Origin: Dehalococcoidia bacterium
GTDB taxonomy: Bacteria; Chloroflexota; Dehalococcoidia; Lucifugimonadales; VXLM01
DNA: 64,000 bases
NCBI GenBank assembly: GCA_963662435.1
Contig: OY759598.1
Coordinates: 4,005,923-4,069,922, forward strand
Reading direction: 5' to 3'
The translations under genes were made by a program, and so were the position numbers. Below, one piece after another: positions 29,449 to 39,240 of the stretch (position 1 is its first letter; every line of letters begins with the position of its first letter). The notes under the pieces were generated by a model that made no database searches, was not told the origin of the DNA, and was given only the letters and a program-made list of their open reading frames with translations.

Positions 29449-30156
29449 ATGAGCACGGAACGGAAGAAGAGTCGACGCGAGAATCCGCTGGTTAGTTTGG
29501 CGGTCAACATCGTCATTCCGGTGATTATTCTTGTGCGGTTCAGCGGTGAGGAGCAGTTGGGTCCGGTTAACGGGCTGCTGCTGGCGCTGGCGTTTCCGGT
29601 GGGTTATGGGCTGTACGACTTCATCGTGCGGCGGGGGTTCAACCCGTACTCGATGCTGGGGTTTGCAAGCGTGCTGCTCACGGGCGGCATCGGACTGCTC
29701 AAGCTGCCTGTGGAGTGGCTGGCGATCAAGGAAGCGGCCATACCGTTCATCATCTGCGTGGCCGTGGTGGTGTCGATGCGGACGCGGTACCCGCTCGTCA
29801 AGACGATCATGCACAAAGTTATCAACGTGGAGCGGGTGTACGAGGCGCTGGAGCGGCGGGGGAGCGTGGAGGCGTATGAGCAGCGGGTTGTCGCGGCCAC
29901 GTACATGATCGCGTTCGGGCTGCTGGTCTCGACGGTGTTGAACTACGTGCTGGCGCGGGTCGTAGTTGTGAGCGAGTCGGGTTCTACTGCCTTCAATGAA
30001 GAGCTGGGACGCATGACGGCGCTAAGCTTTCCCGTCATCACGGTACCCTCGATAACCATCTTGGCGTTTGCGCTATACTACCTCGCCAGCGGCATCACGA
30101 AACAGACGGGGCTGGAGTTCCAGGACATCTTCAAGACGACACAGGATGAAGAATGA
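29449..30156 (+). CDS. VC0807-family membrane protein
   Basis: NIVIPVIIL, LLTGGIGLL, AIKEAAIP, FNEELGRMTALSFPVI. Confidence 0.6.
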   Translation: MSTERKKSRRENPLVSLAVNIVIPVIILVRFSGEEQLGPVNGLLLALAFPVGYGLYDFIVRRGFNPYSMLGFASVLLTGGIGLLKLPVEWLAIKEAAIPFIICVAVVVSMRTRYPLVKTIMHKVINVERVYEALERRGSVEAYEQRVVAATYMIAFGLLVSTVLNYVLARVVVVSESGSTAFNEELGRMTALSFPVITVPSITILAFALYYLASGITKQTGLEFQDIFKTTQDEE

Positions 30157-30845
30157 ACCTCATAATCGCCGGATGTGAGTACTCAGGGACTACGACGCTT
30201 GCCAATGGGATAGCGGAGTGGGCGCGGTCGACGATGGGCGGGACGCAGGAGGTGCACGACCATTTCAAGATTCCGCACATCGCCTGTTATCGCAACGAAC
30301 CGGCGGCAGAGCCTCTGACCGACGAGGAATTGGTTCACGTCATGTCGTGGACGCCGAAGATGAAGGAGATGGCGCAGCGGCAGAGCATGAACTACCACAT
30401 GCCCAACAACTGCGAGGGCGACGACTACATCGTTGTGGGCTTTCACATCGAGGACGCCGTATACGCGGCCACGTTCTTCGGCTACGGACACGACAAGGAG
30501 CCGCAGGGGGGTATTCGCTGGAAGTACGCCCGTCATCTTGAGACGGCGTTCATGGAGCAGGCGCCGGATACCATCTTCGTGTACGTCAAGGCGTCGGAGG
30601 AAGTAATCGCGGAACGAATGGCAGCGGACCCACACCCGTTCTCCATCGTCAAGAAGAAGAACATTGAACACGTGCTGGCGGACTTCGAGATGGAATTCCA
30701 GCGGTCGGTCTTTCACACGAAGATCGAAATCGACACATCGGAGGCGACGGTTGAGGAGAGCCTGGCAGAGCTTCAGGGTGCGATCAAGCCGCATCTGACG
30801 ATTGAGGACAGGCGTAGGATGGTGGTGCGGGGGGCGATCGGTTAG
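30153..30845 (+). CDS. P-loop kinase-like protein (paralog of 2993)
   Basis: GCEYSGTTT, HDHF, FFGYG. Confidence 0.7.
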   Translation: MNLIIAGCEYSGTTTLANGIAEWARSTMGGTQEVHDHFKIPHIACYRNEPAAEPLTDEELVHVMSWTPKMKEMAQRQSMNYHMPNNCEGDDYIVVGFHIEDAVYAATFFGYGHDKEPQGGIRWKYARHLETAFMEQAPDTIFVYVKASEEVIAERMAADPHPFSIVKKKNIEHVLADFEMEFQRSVFHTKIEIDTSEATVEESLAELQGAIKPHLTIEDRRRMVVRGAIG

Positions 30846-30851
30846 TGCGCC

Positions 30852-31571
30852 GTGGCTGTTACCCTTGTGAATTGGAACGTTGAATGGGCGACGCCTCGTT
30901 CAAAGCGGAGCCCTGAAATCCTTAACCGCATCAGACAACACAGTCCTGAGATTATCTGCCTTACCGAGACCCATATTGGGCTGCTGCCAAAAGGTGGGCA
31001 CGTGATCTTTTCACATCCGGACTATGGGTACAGAGTCAGGGACGAGCGCCGGAAAGTGTTACTTTGGTCACGGGAACCATGGGAGCAGGTGGACGACATT
31101 GGGAACGACAAATTGCCGCCCGGACGATTCGTGTCGGGCGTTACGCAAACTTCGGAGGGAGCGTTGAACGTCATGGGAGTCTGCATCCCCTGGGCGGACT
31201 CATGGGTGCGCGGGACCGAAGTGAAGCGCGTGAGGTGGGAAGACCATCGACAGTATCTCAAGGGTCTATCGGAAGTGCTGGACCGGACACCTGTAAGACG
31301 GCTCATTGTGGTTGGCGATTTCAATCAACGGATACAACAGGGAGGCGCCGTGCATAGCGACATTCGCGTGGCGCTTCAGTCCGTCCTTGCCTCACGCATG
31401 ACAATCGCGAGTGCCGGAATGGGCTTTAGGGGTCGAAGAAGCATCGACCATGTTGCCCTGAGTGGCGATCTGACAGCCGAGTATATCGGTGTGATAAGCA
31501 ACTTGGACGGGGAGCGTAAGCTGTCTGACCATTTCGGAGTCGTTGCCGGTCTTTCAGCAGGTGTTACTTAG
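30852..31571 (+). CDS. Endonuclease/exonuclease/phosphatase family protein
   Basis: NWNV, LTE, GDFN, IDH, SDH motifs. Confidence 0.85.
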   Translation: MAVTLVNWNVEWATPRSKRSPEILNRIRQHSPEIICLTETHIGLLPKGGHVIFSHPDYGYRVRDERRKVLLWSREPWEQVDDIGNDKLPPGRFVSGVTQTSEGALNVMGVCIPWADSWVRGTEVKRVRWEDHRQYLKGLSEVLDRTPVRRLIVVGDFNQRIQQGGAVHSDIRVALQSVLASRMTIASAGMGFRGRRSIDHVALSGDLTAEYIGVISNLDGERKLSDHFGVVAGLSAGVT

Positions 31572-31680
31572 TGTTCTTTCCTGGAAGTATGGAGAGGATG
31601 GTTGTGCAGAGGGGTGCGTAGAAAGTAATGTGTAGGGTACTGAAGGAGCTTGCAAGACGGGATTCTATTCTGGAGGCGCC

Positions 31681-31956
31681 ATGAAGACAGACCACGATTA
31701 CAAACCGGGGGAGATAACGGCGCGAGGGAAGGCCATCTATCGAGATCGTATCCAATCTCAAGTAGAGCCGAAAGAAAAGGGAAAGTTCGTAGTCATCGAC
31801 ATTGAGAACGGTGACTACGAGATCGACCCGGAAGACGCAGTAGCCACGCGGCGGCTGCTGGAGCGGAGGCCGGGCGCCGTCACGTACGGAGTGCGCGTCG
31901 GCTATCGCGCCGCATACAGCCACGCCGGGGGGTTCCGGGCGCCTTCAGCGCAATGA
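31681..31956 (+). CDS. Small hypothetical protein, partner of the aspartic protease
   Basis: GKFVVIDIENGDYE; overlaps the next ORF (ATGA). Confidence 0.7.
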   Translation: MKTDHDYKPGEITARGKAIYRDRIQSQVEPKEKGKFVVIDIENGDYEIDPEDAVATRRLLERRPGAVTYGVRVGYRAAYSHAGGFRAPSAQ

Positions 31957-32333
31957 TTAGGGGAAAAGTAGGCGGGAATCAACAAGCGCTGGTTCCCGTA
32001 GACATCAACGACGGCAATGGGCGGCCTCAGCGCGTGGAGGCTGTGTTGGACACGGGGTTTACCGGCCATCTGGCACTCCCCCCGGAATTTATTCGTGTGC
32101 TGGATTTGCCCTTCGTGGGTCAGCGGATATTCGAGCTTGCAAACGGAGAACACTTTGAGTTTGCGGCCTATCTTGCAACGGTATCATGGCACGGGCGCCC
32201 GCGTGACGCGCTGATACTACAGACGGACAGTGTTCCACTTCTTGGCATGACCCTGCTATGGGGCAGTCGAGTCACCCTAGACGCCCTGGACGACGGAGCG
32301 ATTGTCATTGAAGAGCTTTCATCGGTGCAGTGA
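31953..32333 (+). CDS. Clan AA (retropepsin-like) aspartic protease
   Basis: AVLDTGF, LANG, PLLGMTLL. Confidence 0.85.
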   Translation: MIRGKVGGNQQALVPVDINDGNGRPQRVEAVLDTGFTGHLALPPEFIRVLDLPFVGQRIFELANGEHFEFAAYLATVSWHGRPRDALILQTDSVPLLGMTLLWGSRVTLDALDDGAIVIEELSSVQ

Positions 32334-32348
32334 AATAGGAAATAGCCC

Positions 32349-33041
32349 ATGAACATCATAGTAATCGGATGCGAGTACACGGGGACGACGACGCTGATGC
32401 TGCGATTGCAGGAGTGGATGAAGGACGCCTTTGGGCAGACTACTATCTTCCACGACCACTTCAAGCTGCCAAATGCGTCGGGGCATCCGCCGCTCGACCC
32501 CGACTTGATCATATTCGATGAGGAAGAGAAGAGACTGGTGATGGAGATGACGCCAAAGCTCAAGGAGCTGTTCACCCGGTACACGCTCTTCTATCACTCG
32601 CCGTCAAAGCCCAATGATTCGACGGTCCTCGGTGGTCTTCACATCGGACACCACATCGACGAGTTGATCTATGCGCCGATGTACTTCGGGTACGGTGGTC
32701 CGGGCGAGCCCGGCGACCGTCGCGTGGAGGCGCTAAGCGTCGAGCGAGGCCTTTTGAAGCATCAGCCGGATACGGTGCTCCTGCTCATGAGGGCGTCCGC
32801 GGACGTCGTGCGAGCCCGCATGAGGACGTCGCCGCACCCGGATGGGGTTGTGCGTGACGAGGACATTGAGCACGTGTTGCAGCGCTTCGATGAAGAGTTT
32901 GTACGGTCGGCCATCGGCAGCAAGTTCACGCTTGATACGTCTGCCTCGACGCCGGAAGACACGTTCCAAGAGTTTCTCTGCAAGATGGAGCCGTTTTGGA
33001 CTGAGAGTGATCGTCTGCGGATGCTGACGCACGCGGGGTAA
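32349..33041 (+). CDS. P-loop kinase-like protein (paralog of 2993 and 30153)
   Basis: GCEYTGTTT, HDHF, YAPMYFGYG. Confidence 0.7.
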   Translation: MNIIVIGCEYTGTTTLMLRLQEWMKDAFGQTTIFHDHFKLPNASGHPPLDPDLIIFDEEEKRLVMEMTPKLKELFTRYTLFYHSPSKPNDSTVLGGLHIGHHIDELIYAPMYFGYGGPGEPGDRRVEALSVERGLLKHQPDTVLLLMRASADVVRARMRTSPHPDGVVRDEDIEHVLQRFDEEFVRSAIGSKFTLDTSASTPEDTFQEFLCKMEPFWTESDRLRMLTHAG

Positions 33042-33087
33042 ACGTCCAGGGCGCTCCAGTCCTCCCCTTGGTTGGCGTCGTGGTAGT

Positions 33088-33966
33088 ATGGTTGGCACCA
33101 TGGTTGCCCCAGCGAAAACAGGCGTTAACGAGAAGGTGTCGGCCCTCAAGGGCGCTCTCGCGGAGATGCGGCATGTGATCGTCGCGTATTCGGGGGGTGT
33201 GGACAGCACGTTTCTGGCCACGGTGGCAAATGAGGTGCTTGGACAGGCGTCGCTGGCGGTGACGGCGAAGTCGCCGAGTCTTGCTCCATCCGAATACGAA
33301 GTGGCGGTCGAAGTGGCGGGTGTGCTTGGCCTGAACCACCGCGTCATCGAGACGGCGGAGGTGGAGCGGGACGACTATCGCACCAACGATCCCAATCGCT
33401 GTTTCTTCTGCAAGGAAGAGCTGTACACGCAACTCTCGACCCTGCCGGAAGCGGGGTACTCGCAAGTCATCAACGCGCACAATCTCGATGACACGGGAGA
33501 GTTCCGGCCGGGCATCAACTCGGCGAAAAAGCGTGGGGTGCGTAGTCCGCTGGTTGAGATGGGTCTGACGAAGGCGGAGATACGCGAGCAGTCTCGTTTG
33601 ATGGGTTTGCCGACGTGGGACAAGCCCGCGCAGGCGTGCCTGTCGTCGCGGATCCCGTATGGGACTCCGGTCACGGTTGAGGCCTTGGCGCGGATCGCGG
33701 AAGCGGAGGAGTTCCTGCGGTCGCTCGGAATCGAACGGCTTCGAGTGCGCCACCACGACACGGTCGCTCGCATCGAGGTCGGGTCCGAGGATTTTTCAGT
33801 ATTGTTGGACGACGAGACGCGTCGAGAGGTGATCCGGCGGTTCCGGGAGATTGGTTATTCGTATGTGACGCTCGATCTTGAAGGCTTTCGGTCGGGCAGC
33901 TTAAACGAGGTGTTGGTTGGGTTGCAGAGGAAACGGGACGTGAATGGGACGTTTCAGGAGGAGTAG
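33088..33966 (+). CDS. larE: ATP-dependent sacrificial sulfur transferase LarE family
   Basis: AYSGGVDS, RCFFCK, RPG, ACLSSRIPYG, GFRSGSLN. Confidence 0.9.
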   Translation: MVGTMVAPAKTGVNEKVSALKGALAEMRHVIVAYSGGVDSTFLATVANEVLGQASLAVTAKSPSLAPSEYEVAVEVAGVLGLNHRVIETAEVERDDYRTNDPNRCFFCKEELYTQLSTLPEAGYSQVINAHNLDDTGEFRPGINSAKKRGVRSPLVEMGLTKAEIREQSRLMGLPTWDKPAQACLSSRIPYGTPVTVEALARIAEAEEFLRSLGIERLRVRHHDTVARIEVGSEDFSVLLDDETRREVIRRFREIGYSYVTLDLEGFRSGSLNEVLVGLQRKRDVNGTFQEE

Positions 33967-33980
33967 ACGGAGGGAGAGGT

Positions 33981-35297
33981 ATGGACTCGGAAGTTGAACG
34001 ATATGTAGCCTCGACGCCCAGGTCGGCGGAGCTTCAGGCGGAGGCGGAGCGGTATCTGCCGGGTGGGAGCTCTCGCGGCACAGCGTTCTTTGGGCCCTAC
34101 CCGTTCTTCGTGGAGCGGACAGAGGGGCACCACATCATCGACGTGGACGGCAACCGGTACCTCGACTTTATGCTGAACGCGACGACCTACGTCCTCGGCC
34201 ATTCTCATGGCAGGGTGGTCGATGCGGTGCGCGAGCAGGCCGTGGACGGTCTGAGCTACAGTACCCCGCACGAGTCGCAGGTGCGGCTGGCGCAGGTGCT
34301 ATGCGAGCGGGTGCCTTCGGTCGAGAAGGTGCGGTTCACTAACTCGGGGACTGAGGGGACGCTGAATGCCATCCGTGCCGCCCGCGCATACACCGGCAAG
34401 CACAAGATCGCCAAGATCGAGGGTGGATACCACGGGAACCACGAGTACGTATCGGTGAGCGTCTACAGTCCGCTCGAAGCACTCGACCCGGTGGAGCCGA
34501 CGAGTGTTGCCGAATGGCCGGGGCAACCGCCAAGCGTGGTCGAGGACGTTATCAATCTGCACTACAACGATATCGAGTCGACGGAGCGGATCCTGCGCGA
34601 GAACGCGGACGAGTTGTCCTGCGTCATTATCGAGCCGGTGCTGTCAAACTTCGGGTACCTGCCCGCGGAGGCCGAGTACTTATCGGTCCTACGTGACATA
34701 ACCAATGAACTGGGCATGATACTCATATTCGACGAGGTGCAGAGCTTCCGGCTATCGCGGGGCGGGGCGCAGGAGCAGATGGGCGTTATTCCGGACATGA
34801 CGACGTTCGGGAAGGTGATCGGCGGTGGAATGCCCGTTGGAGCGTGGGGTGGTCGGGCGGACCTGATGGACCTCTACGACCCGACGGACGGGCCGATTGT
34901 CACCCACGCGGGGACGTTCAATGCCAATCCCATGACGATGGTTGCCGGACTCGCGACGCTGGACCAGCTAACGCCTGAAGTGTACGAGCGCATGAACTCG
35001 CTGGGAGACATGCTTCGCGCCAAGCTAAGGGCGGTGTTTGACGAGCTGGACATGGCAGTGCAGGTGACAGGGGTGGGATCGCTGTTCGGCATCCACTTCA
35101 CGGACGAGCGGATCGTCGACTACCGCTCGGTGCTGCGGGCCGACCGGGAGATGCAGGGGAAGCTCTTCGCGGGTCTGCTCAATGAGGGGATACTCATGCA
35201 GACGAAGGCGGCGGGGGCGCTGTGCTCGCTGACGACCGAGGCGGAGATCGACGCGCTGGTGGATGCGACGAGGCGGGTGATGCTGCGGATACGGTGA
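33981..35297 (+). CDS. Class III aminotransferase, glutamate-1-semialdehyde aminomutase-like
   Basis: FTNSGTE, GGYHG, IFDEV, FGKVIGGG, HAGTFNANP. Confidence 0.85.
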   Translation: MDSEVERYVASTPRSAELQAEAERYLPGGSSRGTAFFGPYPFFVERTEGHHIIDVDGNRYLDFMLNATTYVLGHSHGRVVDAVREQAVDGLSYSTPHESQVRLAQVLCERVPSVEKVRFTNSGTEGTLNAIRAARAYTGKHKIAKIEGGYHGNHEYVSVSVYSPLEALDPVEPTSVAEWPGQPPSVVEDVINLHYNDIESTERILRENADELSCVIIEPVLSNFGYLPAEAEYLSVLRDITNELGMILIFDEVQSFRLSRGGAQEQMGVIPDMTTFGKVIGGGMPVGAWGGRADLMDLYDPTDGPIVTHAGTFNANPMTMVAGLATLDQLTPEVYERMNSLGDMLRAKLRAVFDELDMAVQVTGVGSLFGIHFTDERIVDYRSVLRADREMQGKLFAGLLNEGILMQTKAAGALCSLTTEAEIDALVDATRRVMLRIR

Positions 35298-35314
35298 CGA
35301 GTCGAGGCGATACC

Positions 35315-35617
35315 ATGACGACACTCAGTATAGACATACCGCAAGAGAAAATCAGAAAATTCTGCCGGGAGCATAACATCCGGCAGCTGTCACTGTTCGG
35401 TTCGGTACTAAGAAACGACTTCTCGGCAGAGAGCGATGTCGACATGCTTGTGGAGTTCGTACCCGGGCATACTCCTGGCTTGGCCTTCTTTTCTTTGCAG
35501 CGAGACCTTAGCAAGCTCATAGGCAGGCAGGTGGACCTGAATACGGCGAATGATCTAGACCCTTCCTTCCGGAGGGTTGTCCTCGATGAAGCTCAGGTGG
35601 TTTATGGCCCACAGTGA
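35315..35617 (+). CDS. MNT nucleotidyltransferase antitoxin (MntA-like)
   Basis: LFGS..SDVDMLVEF..VDL. Confidence 0.88.
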   Translation: MTTLSIDIPQEKIRKFCREHNIRQLSLFGSVLRNDFSAESDVDMLVEFVPGHTPGLAFFSLQRDLSKLIGRQVDLNTANDLDPSFRRVVLDEAQVVYGPQ

Positions 35618-35969
35618 CCCTCTGAAACGTATCCAGCACATGCTGGAGCGGGCGCGGGAAGCGGTAGACATGACCCGCGGACGTTCGAGGTCCGACTTGG
35701 ATACAGACCGGACGCTAAACCTCGCCCTGGTAAGGCTGATGGAAGTTATAGGTGAGGCAGCTGGACGAGTCCCTGAAGACTTTCGATCACAGCACTCCCA
35801 AGTTCCTTGGCGGGACATCACGGACTTACGCAACAGACTGATACATGGATACGACTCGGTTGACTTCGACCGTCTCTGGACGATCATCCAAGACGATCTT
35901 CCCCCGCTCATCGAACAGTTGGAAATGATCGAGGACATAAGCACTAAGTACAGATTGGGACGACGCTAG
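35604..35969 (+). CDS. HEPN toxin (DUF86/HepT-like)
   Basis: IGEAA..PW..LRNRLIHGY (RxxxxH) motif. Confidence 0.88.
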   Translation: MAHSDPLKRIQHMLERAREAVDMTRGRSRSDLDTDRTLNLALVRLMEVIGEAAGRVPEDFRSQHSQVPWRDITDLRNRLIHGYDSVDFDRLWTIIQDDLPPLIEQLEMIEDISTKYRLGRR

Positions 35970-35972
35970 ACT

Positions 35973-37404
35973 CAATTGCTCCAACTAATTACCGTTTTTG
36001 CCTTTGGATAGTACTCCTCTGAGTAGTAAAAGGATATGACTACTCGTCAGGAGGAGCTTCGTAATGTCGACCAAGACCGACGACGACCCAGACACGGTCG
36101 GGAATATAGAGGAGTTTCTCCAGCAGTGTTTGGAGGACATGGAGCCAGATCACAGTCTCAAGGGCCCTGGCAGACCACGGGTGTTACCCGCAATGGCTCT
36201 GTGGGCGGGACTACTGGTCTGTGTCTTGAGAGGCTTTGAAAGCCAACTGGCCGTATGGCGTCTTATCTCCGAGCACGGACTGTGGTTCTTCCCCCGATTT
36301 CCCGTTACCGACCAAGCGGTCTACAAACGGCTCCACGACGCGGGACCTGAGCCGTTCGAGAGACTCTTCAAGCACATCAGCAGCGTATTGACAGAACGAT
36401 TACAGGGTTTGGCATCTGAGCAACTGGCGCCGTTCGCCAAGCAGGTGGTCTCCATAGACGAAAGTACCCTGGACGCCATGTCGAGAAGGCTTCCTCCTCT
36501 GAGAAGAATCCCCAAAGGCGACACTCGTCTGCTGCCTGGCAAGCTGGCAGGCGTGTTCGACGTGAGACGACAGCAGTGGCGGACCGTCAAGCTTCATCCG
36601 AATCCCCAACAGAACGAGAAGGTGTCGGCGCGGGAGTTGGCACAAGACCTGCCAGCCGGAACACTGGTGTTGGCAGACCTTGGTTACTTCGGCTTCGCCT
36701 GGTTTGACTGGCTCACAGAAAGGGATGTCTATTGGCTGAGCAGATTGAGAGCAAAGACCAGCTACAAGGTCGTACACACCTTCTATCAGAGGGGCGAGGT
36801 GTTTGACGGCATTGTGTGGCTGGGAGCCTACCGCGCTGATCGGGCCAAATACGCCGTTCGGCTGGTGACCTTCAGACAGGGCAGTACCATGCGACGCTAC
36901 ATCACCAACGTTCTTGAGCCACATACGTTCCCGATCTCATCGATGGCCGAGGTCTACGCTCGCAGGTGGGACATCGAGATGGCGTTCAAGCTGATCAAGC
37001 AACATCTGAAGCTGCGCCTTCTGTGGTCTTCCAAGCATGTGGTGATTTACCAGCAGATATGGGCGACGTTGATTATCTCGCAAATCCTGCAGTCGCTGAG
37101 GCTTGAGATAGCTCACAGAGCCGGGGTGGACCCGTTCGAGGTGTCCATCAGCCTGTTGGTTGAGTATGCACCACAGTATGCCTATGAAGGCAGGGATCCC
37201 GTGAAGATATTCGTGGAGCGAGGGCGTGATCTAGGCTTCATTCGACCTTCCCGCAGAACCCGCATTCACACCCCAAACATACCCGACGAGACAATACTGC
37301 CTGCACCACCTGAACTTGTGCTCACACGCACCCCTAGATACGCTAACCGCAAGTGCTTCAAACGCCCCGCAAATACCCCGAAAGTGAATTAGTTGGAGCA
37401 GATG
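35973..37404 (+). mobile_element. IS4-family insertion sequence, 1432 bp
   Basis: IRL CAATTGCTCCAACTAATT (35973-35990); IRR reverse complement CATCTGCTCCAACTAATT (37387-37404); 9-bp TSD CGCTAGACT at 35964-35972 and 37405-37413. Confidence 0.93.
36064..37392 (+). CDS. IS4-family DDE transposase
   Basis: SIDES, LADLGY, YARRWDIEMAFKLIK (YREK motif). Confidence 0.92.
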   Translation: MSTKTDDDPDTVGNIEEFLQQCLEDMEPDHSLKGPGRPRVLPAMALWAGLLVCVLRGFESQLAVWRLISEHGLWFFPRFPVTDQAVYKRLHDAGPEPFERLFKHISSVLTERLQGLASEQLAPFAKQVVSIDESTLDAMSRRLPPLRRIPKGDTRLLPGKLAGVFDVRRQQWRTVKLHPNPQQNEKVSARELAQDLPAGTLVLADLGYFGFAWFDWLTERDVYWLSRLRAKTSYKVVHTFYQRGEVFDGIVWLGAYRADRAKYAVRLVTFRQGSTMRRYITNVLEPHTFPISSMAEVYARRWDIEMAFKLIKQHLKLRLLWSSKHVVIYQQIWATLIISQILQSLRLEIAHRAGVDPFEVSISLLVEYAPQYAYEGRDPVKIFVERGRDLGFIRPSRRTRIHTPNIPDETILPAPPELVLTRTPRYANRKCFKRPANTPKVN

Positions 37405-37419
37405 CGCTAGACTTCGCCC

Positions 37420-38640
37420 CTACCCTACCCTGAGGCGGACGTAGCCGCGTTTGCCGATCTTGACGAGCGCGCCGGCGAGTCGTGATGCCGGGATGGAAGA
37501 GCGCGGGTCTTCGATCATTTCGCCGTTGATGCGGATGCCGCCCTGCTGAACGAGGCGGCGGGCGTCGCTCTTGCTTTGCACGAGGTCGCTGGCTGCTAGG
37601 AGATCGACGACCAAGACACCGTCGTCGCCGTGAGAGTCAGGCGAGATGTGAAGGTCGGGGATGTCTGAGGGCAGTTCGCCCTCGTTGACGACTCGCTCGA
37701 ACTCGCGTTGGGCCTCGTTGGCCGCTTCCGCGGAGTGGAGCATCGTGACGATGTCGTGGGCGAATTGCTGGCGGGCGTCGATCATGTTGTGCTCGGCCTT
37801 GGCGCGCTTCTCGATGGCGGCAATCTCGTCGTTTGTGCGGTCGGTGAGCACCCGCATGAAGCGTGGCAGCTCGGAGTCCTGGACGAGGGTGAGTTTGAAG
37901 AACATCGGCACGGGGTATTCATTCAGGTCGACGGTGTTGCCGTAAGTCTTACTCATCTTGCGACCGTCGAGCCCCTCGAGGAGTTGAGTGGTGAGCACGT
38001 GCTTGGCCTTGCCAAGGTATGCGTCCACGAGGTCGCGGCCCCGCATCATGTTGAAAAGCTGGTCGGACCCGCCGAGCTCCGCGTCGACCTCCATCGCCAC
38101 GGAGTCATAGCCCTGCAGGATGGGGTAGATCATCTCGTTGAGGTAGAGGGCCTCCTGGTTCTTCAGGCGGTCCTGGAACATGCTGCGTTCGAGTAGCTGC
38201 TGGACGGTAAATTTGTCCATGATCTCGATGAACTGTGAGAGGGTGATGTTGTCGAGCCAGTGACCGTTGAACCGGATCTCCGCCGGATTCTCGCCATCGA
38301 GATCGAAGATTCGGGAGAACTGTTCGGCGTAAGTCTCGGCGTTTTCGAGCACCTGCGCGTGCGTGAGGCGCTTGCGGGCCTCGGGGCGGTCGGAGGGGTC
38401 ACCGATGCGTCCGGTAAAGTCGCCGATCAGGAAAATGACGTGATGGCCGTGTAGCTGGAACCATCGGAGGACTCGCAGGCCCACGAGGTGGCCTATGTGC
38501 ATGTTGGGACTCGTCGGGTCGAGTCCCTGGTAGATGGTGAGTCGCTTGCCCTTCGCGATGTCGTTGAAAAGCTCGTCACGGACGATGGCGTCATCGAGCA
38601 TGCCCCGGTCGAAGAGTGTTTGCAGGTCCCAGTCTTTCAT
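37420..38640 (-). CDS. tyrS: Tyrosine--tRNA ligase
   Basis: GLDPT..HIGH, LQGYD, GGSDQ, KMSKT; C-terminal S4 domain. Confidence 0.96.
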   Translation of the reverse strand: MKDWDLQTLFDRGMLDDAIVRDELFNDIAKGKRLTIYQGLDPTSPNMHIGHLVGLRVLRWFQLHGHHVIFLIGDFTGRIGDPSDRPEARKRLTHAQVLENAETYAEQFSRIFDLDGENPAEIRFNGHWLDNITLSQFIEIMDKFTVQQLLERSMFQDRLKNQEALYLNEMIYPILQGYDSVAMEVDAELGGSDQLFNMMRGRDLVDAYLGKAKHVLTTQLLEGLDGRKMSKTYGNTVDLNEYPVPMFFKLTLVQDSELPRFMRVLTDRTNDEIAAIEKRAKAEHNMIDARQQFAHDIVTMLHSAEAANEAQREFERVVNEGELPSDIPDLHISPDSHGDDGVLVVDLLAASDLVQSKSDARRLVQQGGIRINGEMIEDPRSSIPASRLAGALVKIGKRGYVRLRVG

Positions 38641-38732
38641 GTCGAATCTCCCCAGTCGGCGTGTTGGTGGGGCAACGTCTAGTCCCACTTCTGAAGTTCG
38701 TTGCATAATGCAGATGGGCGGTCCTAAGGAAC

Positions 38733-38770
38733 CACCCTCACCCTAGCCCTCTCCCACGACGGGAGAGGGG
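38733..38770 (+). repeat. REP-like family B
   Basis: Matches the copy at 21791. Confidence 0.8.
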
Positions 38771-38816
38771 ATTAAGCGCCTCTCTATTTGACTATCACAT
38801 TCAAATGGAAACGGTA

Positions 38817-39185
38817 CTAGCTTTTCACGACGCGATTGCGGAGGGCGTCGGCGCCTCGTAGGTATTCGAACTCGATCTCCGACGCTTCTCTGTCGGTATT
38901 GACTAGGAGCAAAACGCGGATGACACGATCCATGGCGTTGGGCACCTGCATCTCATGGGCGCAGAGGAGGGCGACGTATTGCCAGCCAAGCTGCCGTGCG
39001 GCGGCGGCCGGGAACTCTGCGTTCAGGTCCTCCGTCGTGGTGAAGTAGGCTGCCGCGATGTCGTCCACGTCGACCTCATTCGACTCGACCAAGACCGTGA
39101 GGAGCTCGACAGTCGCCTCGAGGATGGACTGCTGGGTGTTTTCGTCGGCGATGGTTGCGCCGCGTATGCCTCGTATCTTTGCCAT
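38817..39185 (-). CDS. aroH: Chorismate mutase, AroH type
   Basis: RGIRGAT, DLNAEFPA, CAHEM, YLRGA..LR. Confidence 0.93.
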   Translation of the reverse strand: MAKIRGIRGATIADENTQQSILEATVELLTVLVESNEVDVDDIAAAYFTTTEDLNAEFPAAAARQLGWQYVALLCAHEMQVPNAMDRVIRVLLLVNTDREASEIEFEYLRGADALRNRVVKS

Positions 39186-39240
39186 GGTCCGTAGAGTGTA
39201 GAAAGTAGTGCGAAGAGTTTCAGATTCGGTTCGGTAGGGT

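Noticed and set aside
33981..35297. Calling this gene hemL
   Set aside because: Distant from the hem cluster, and GSA-like paralogs are common; orthology cannot be shown from motifs alone
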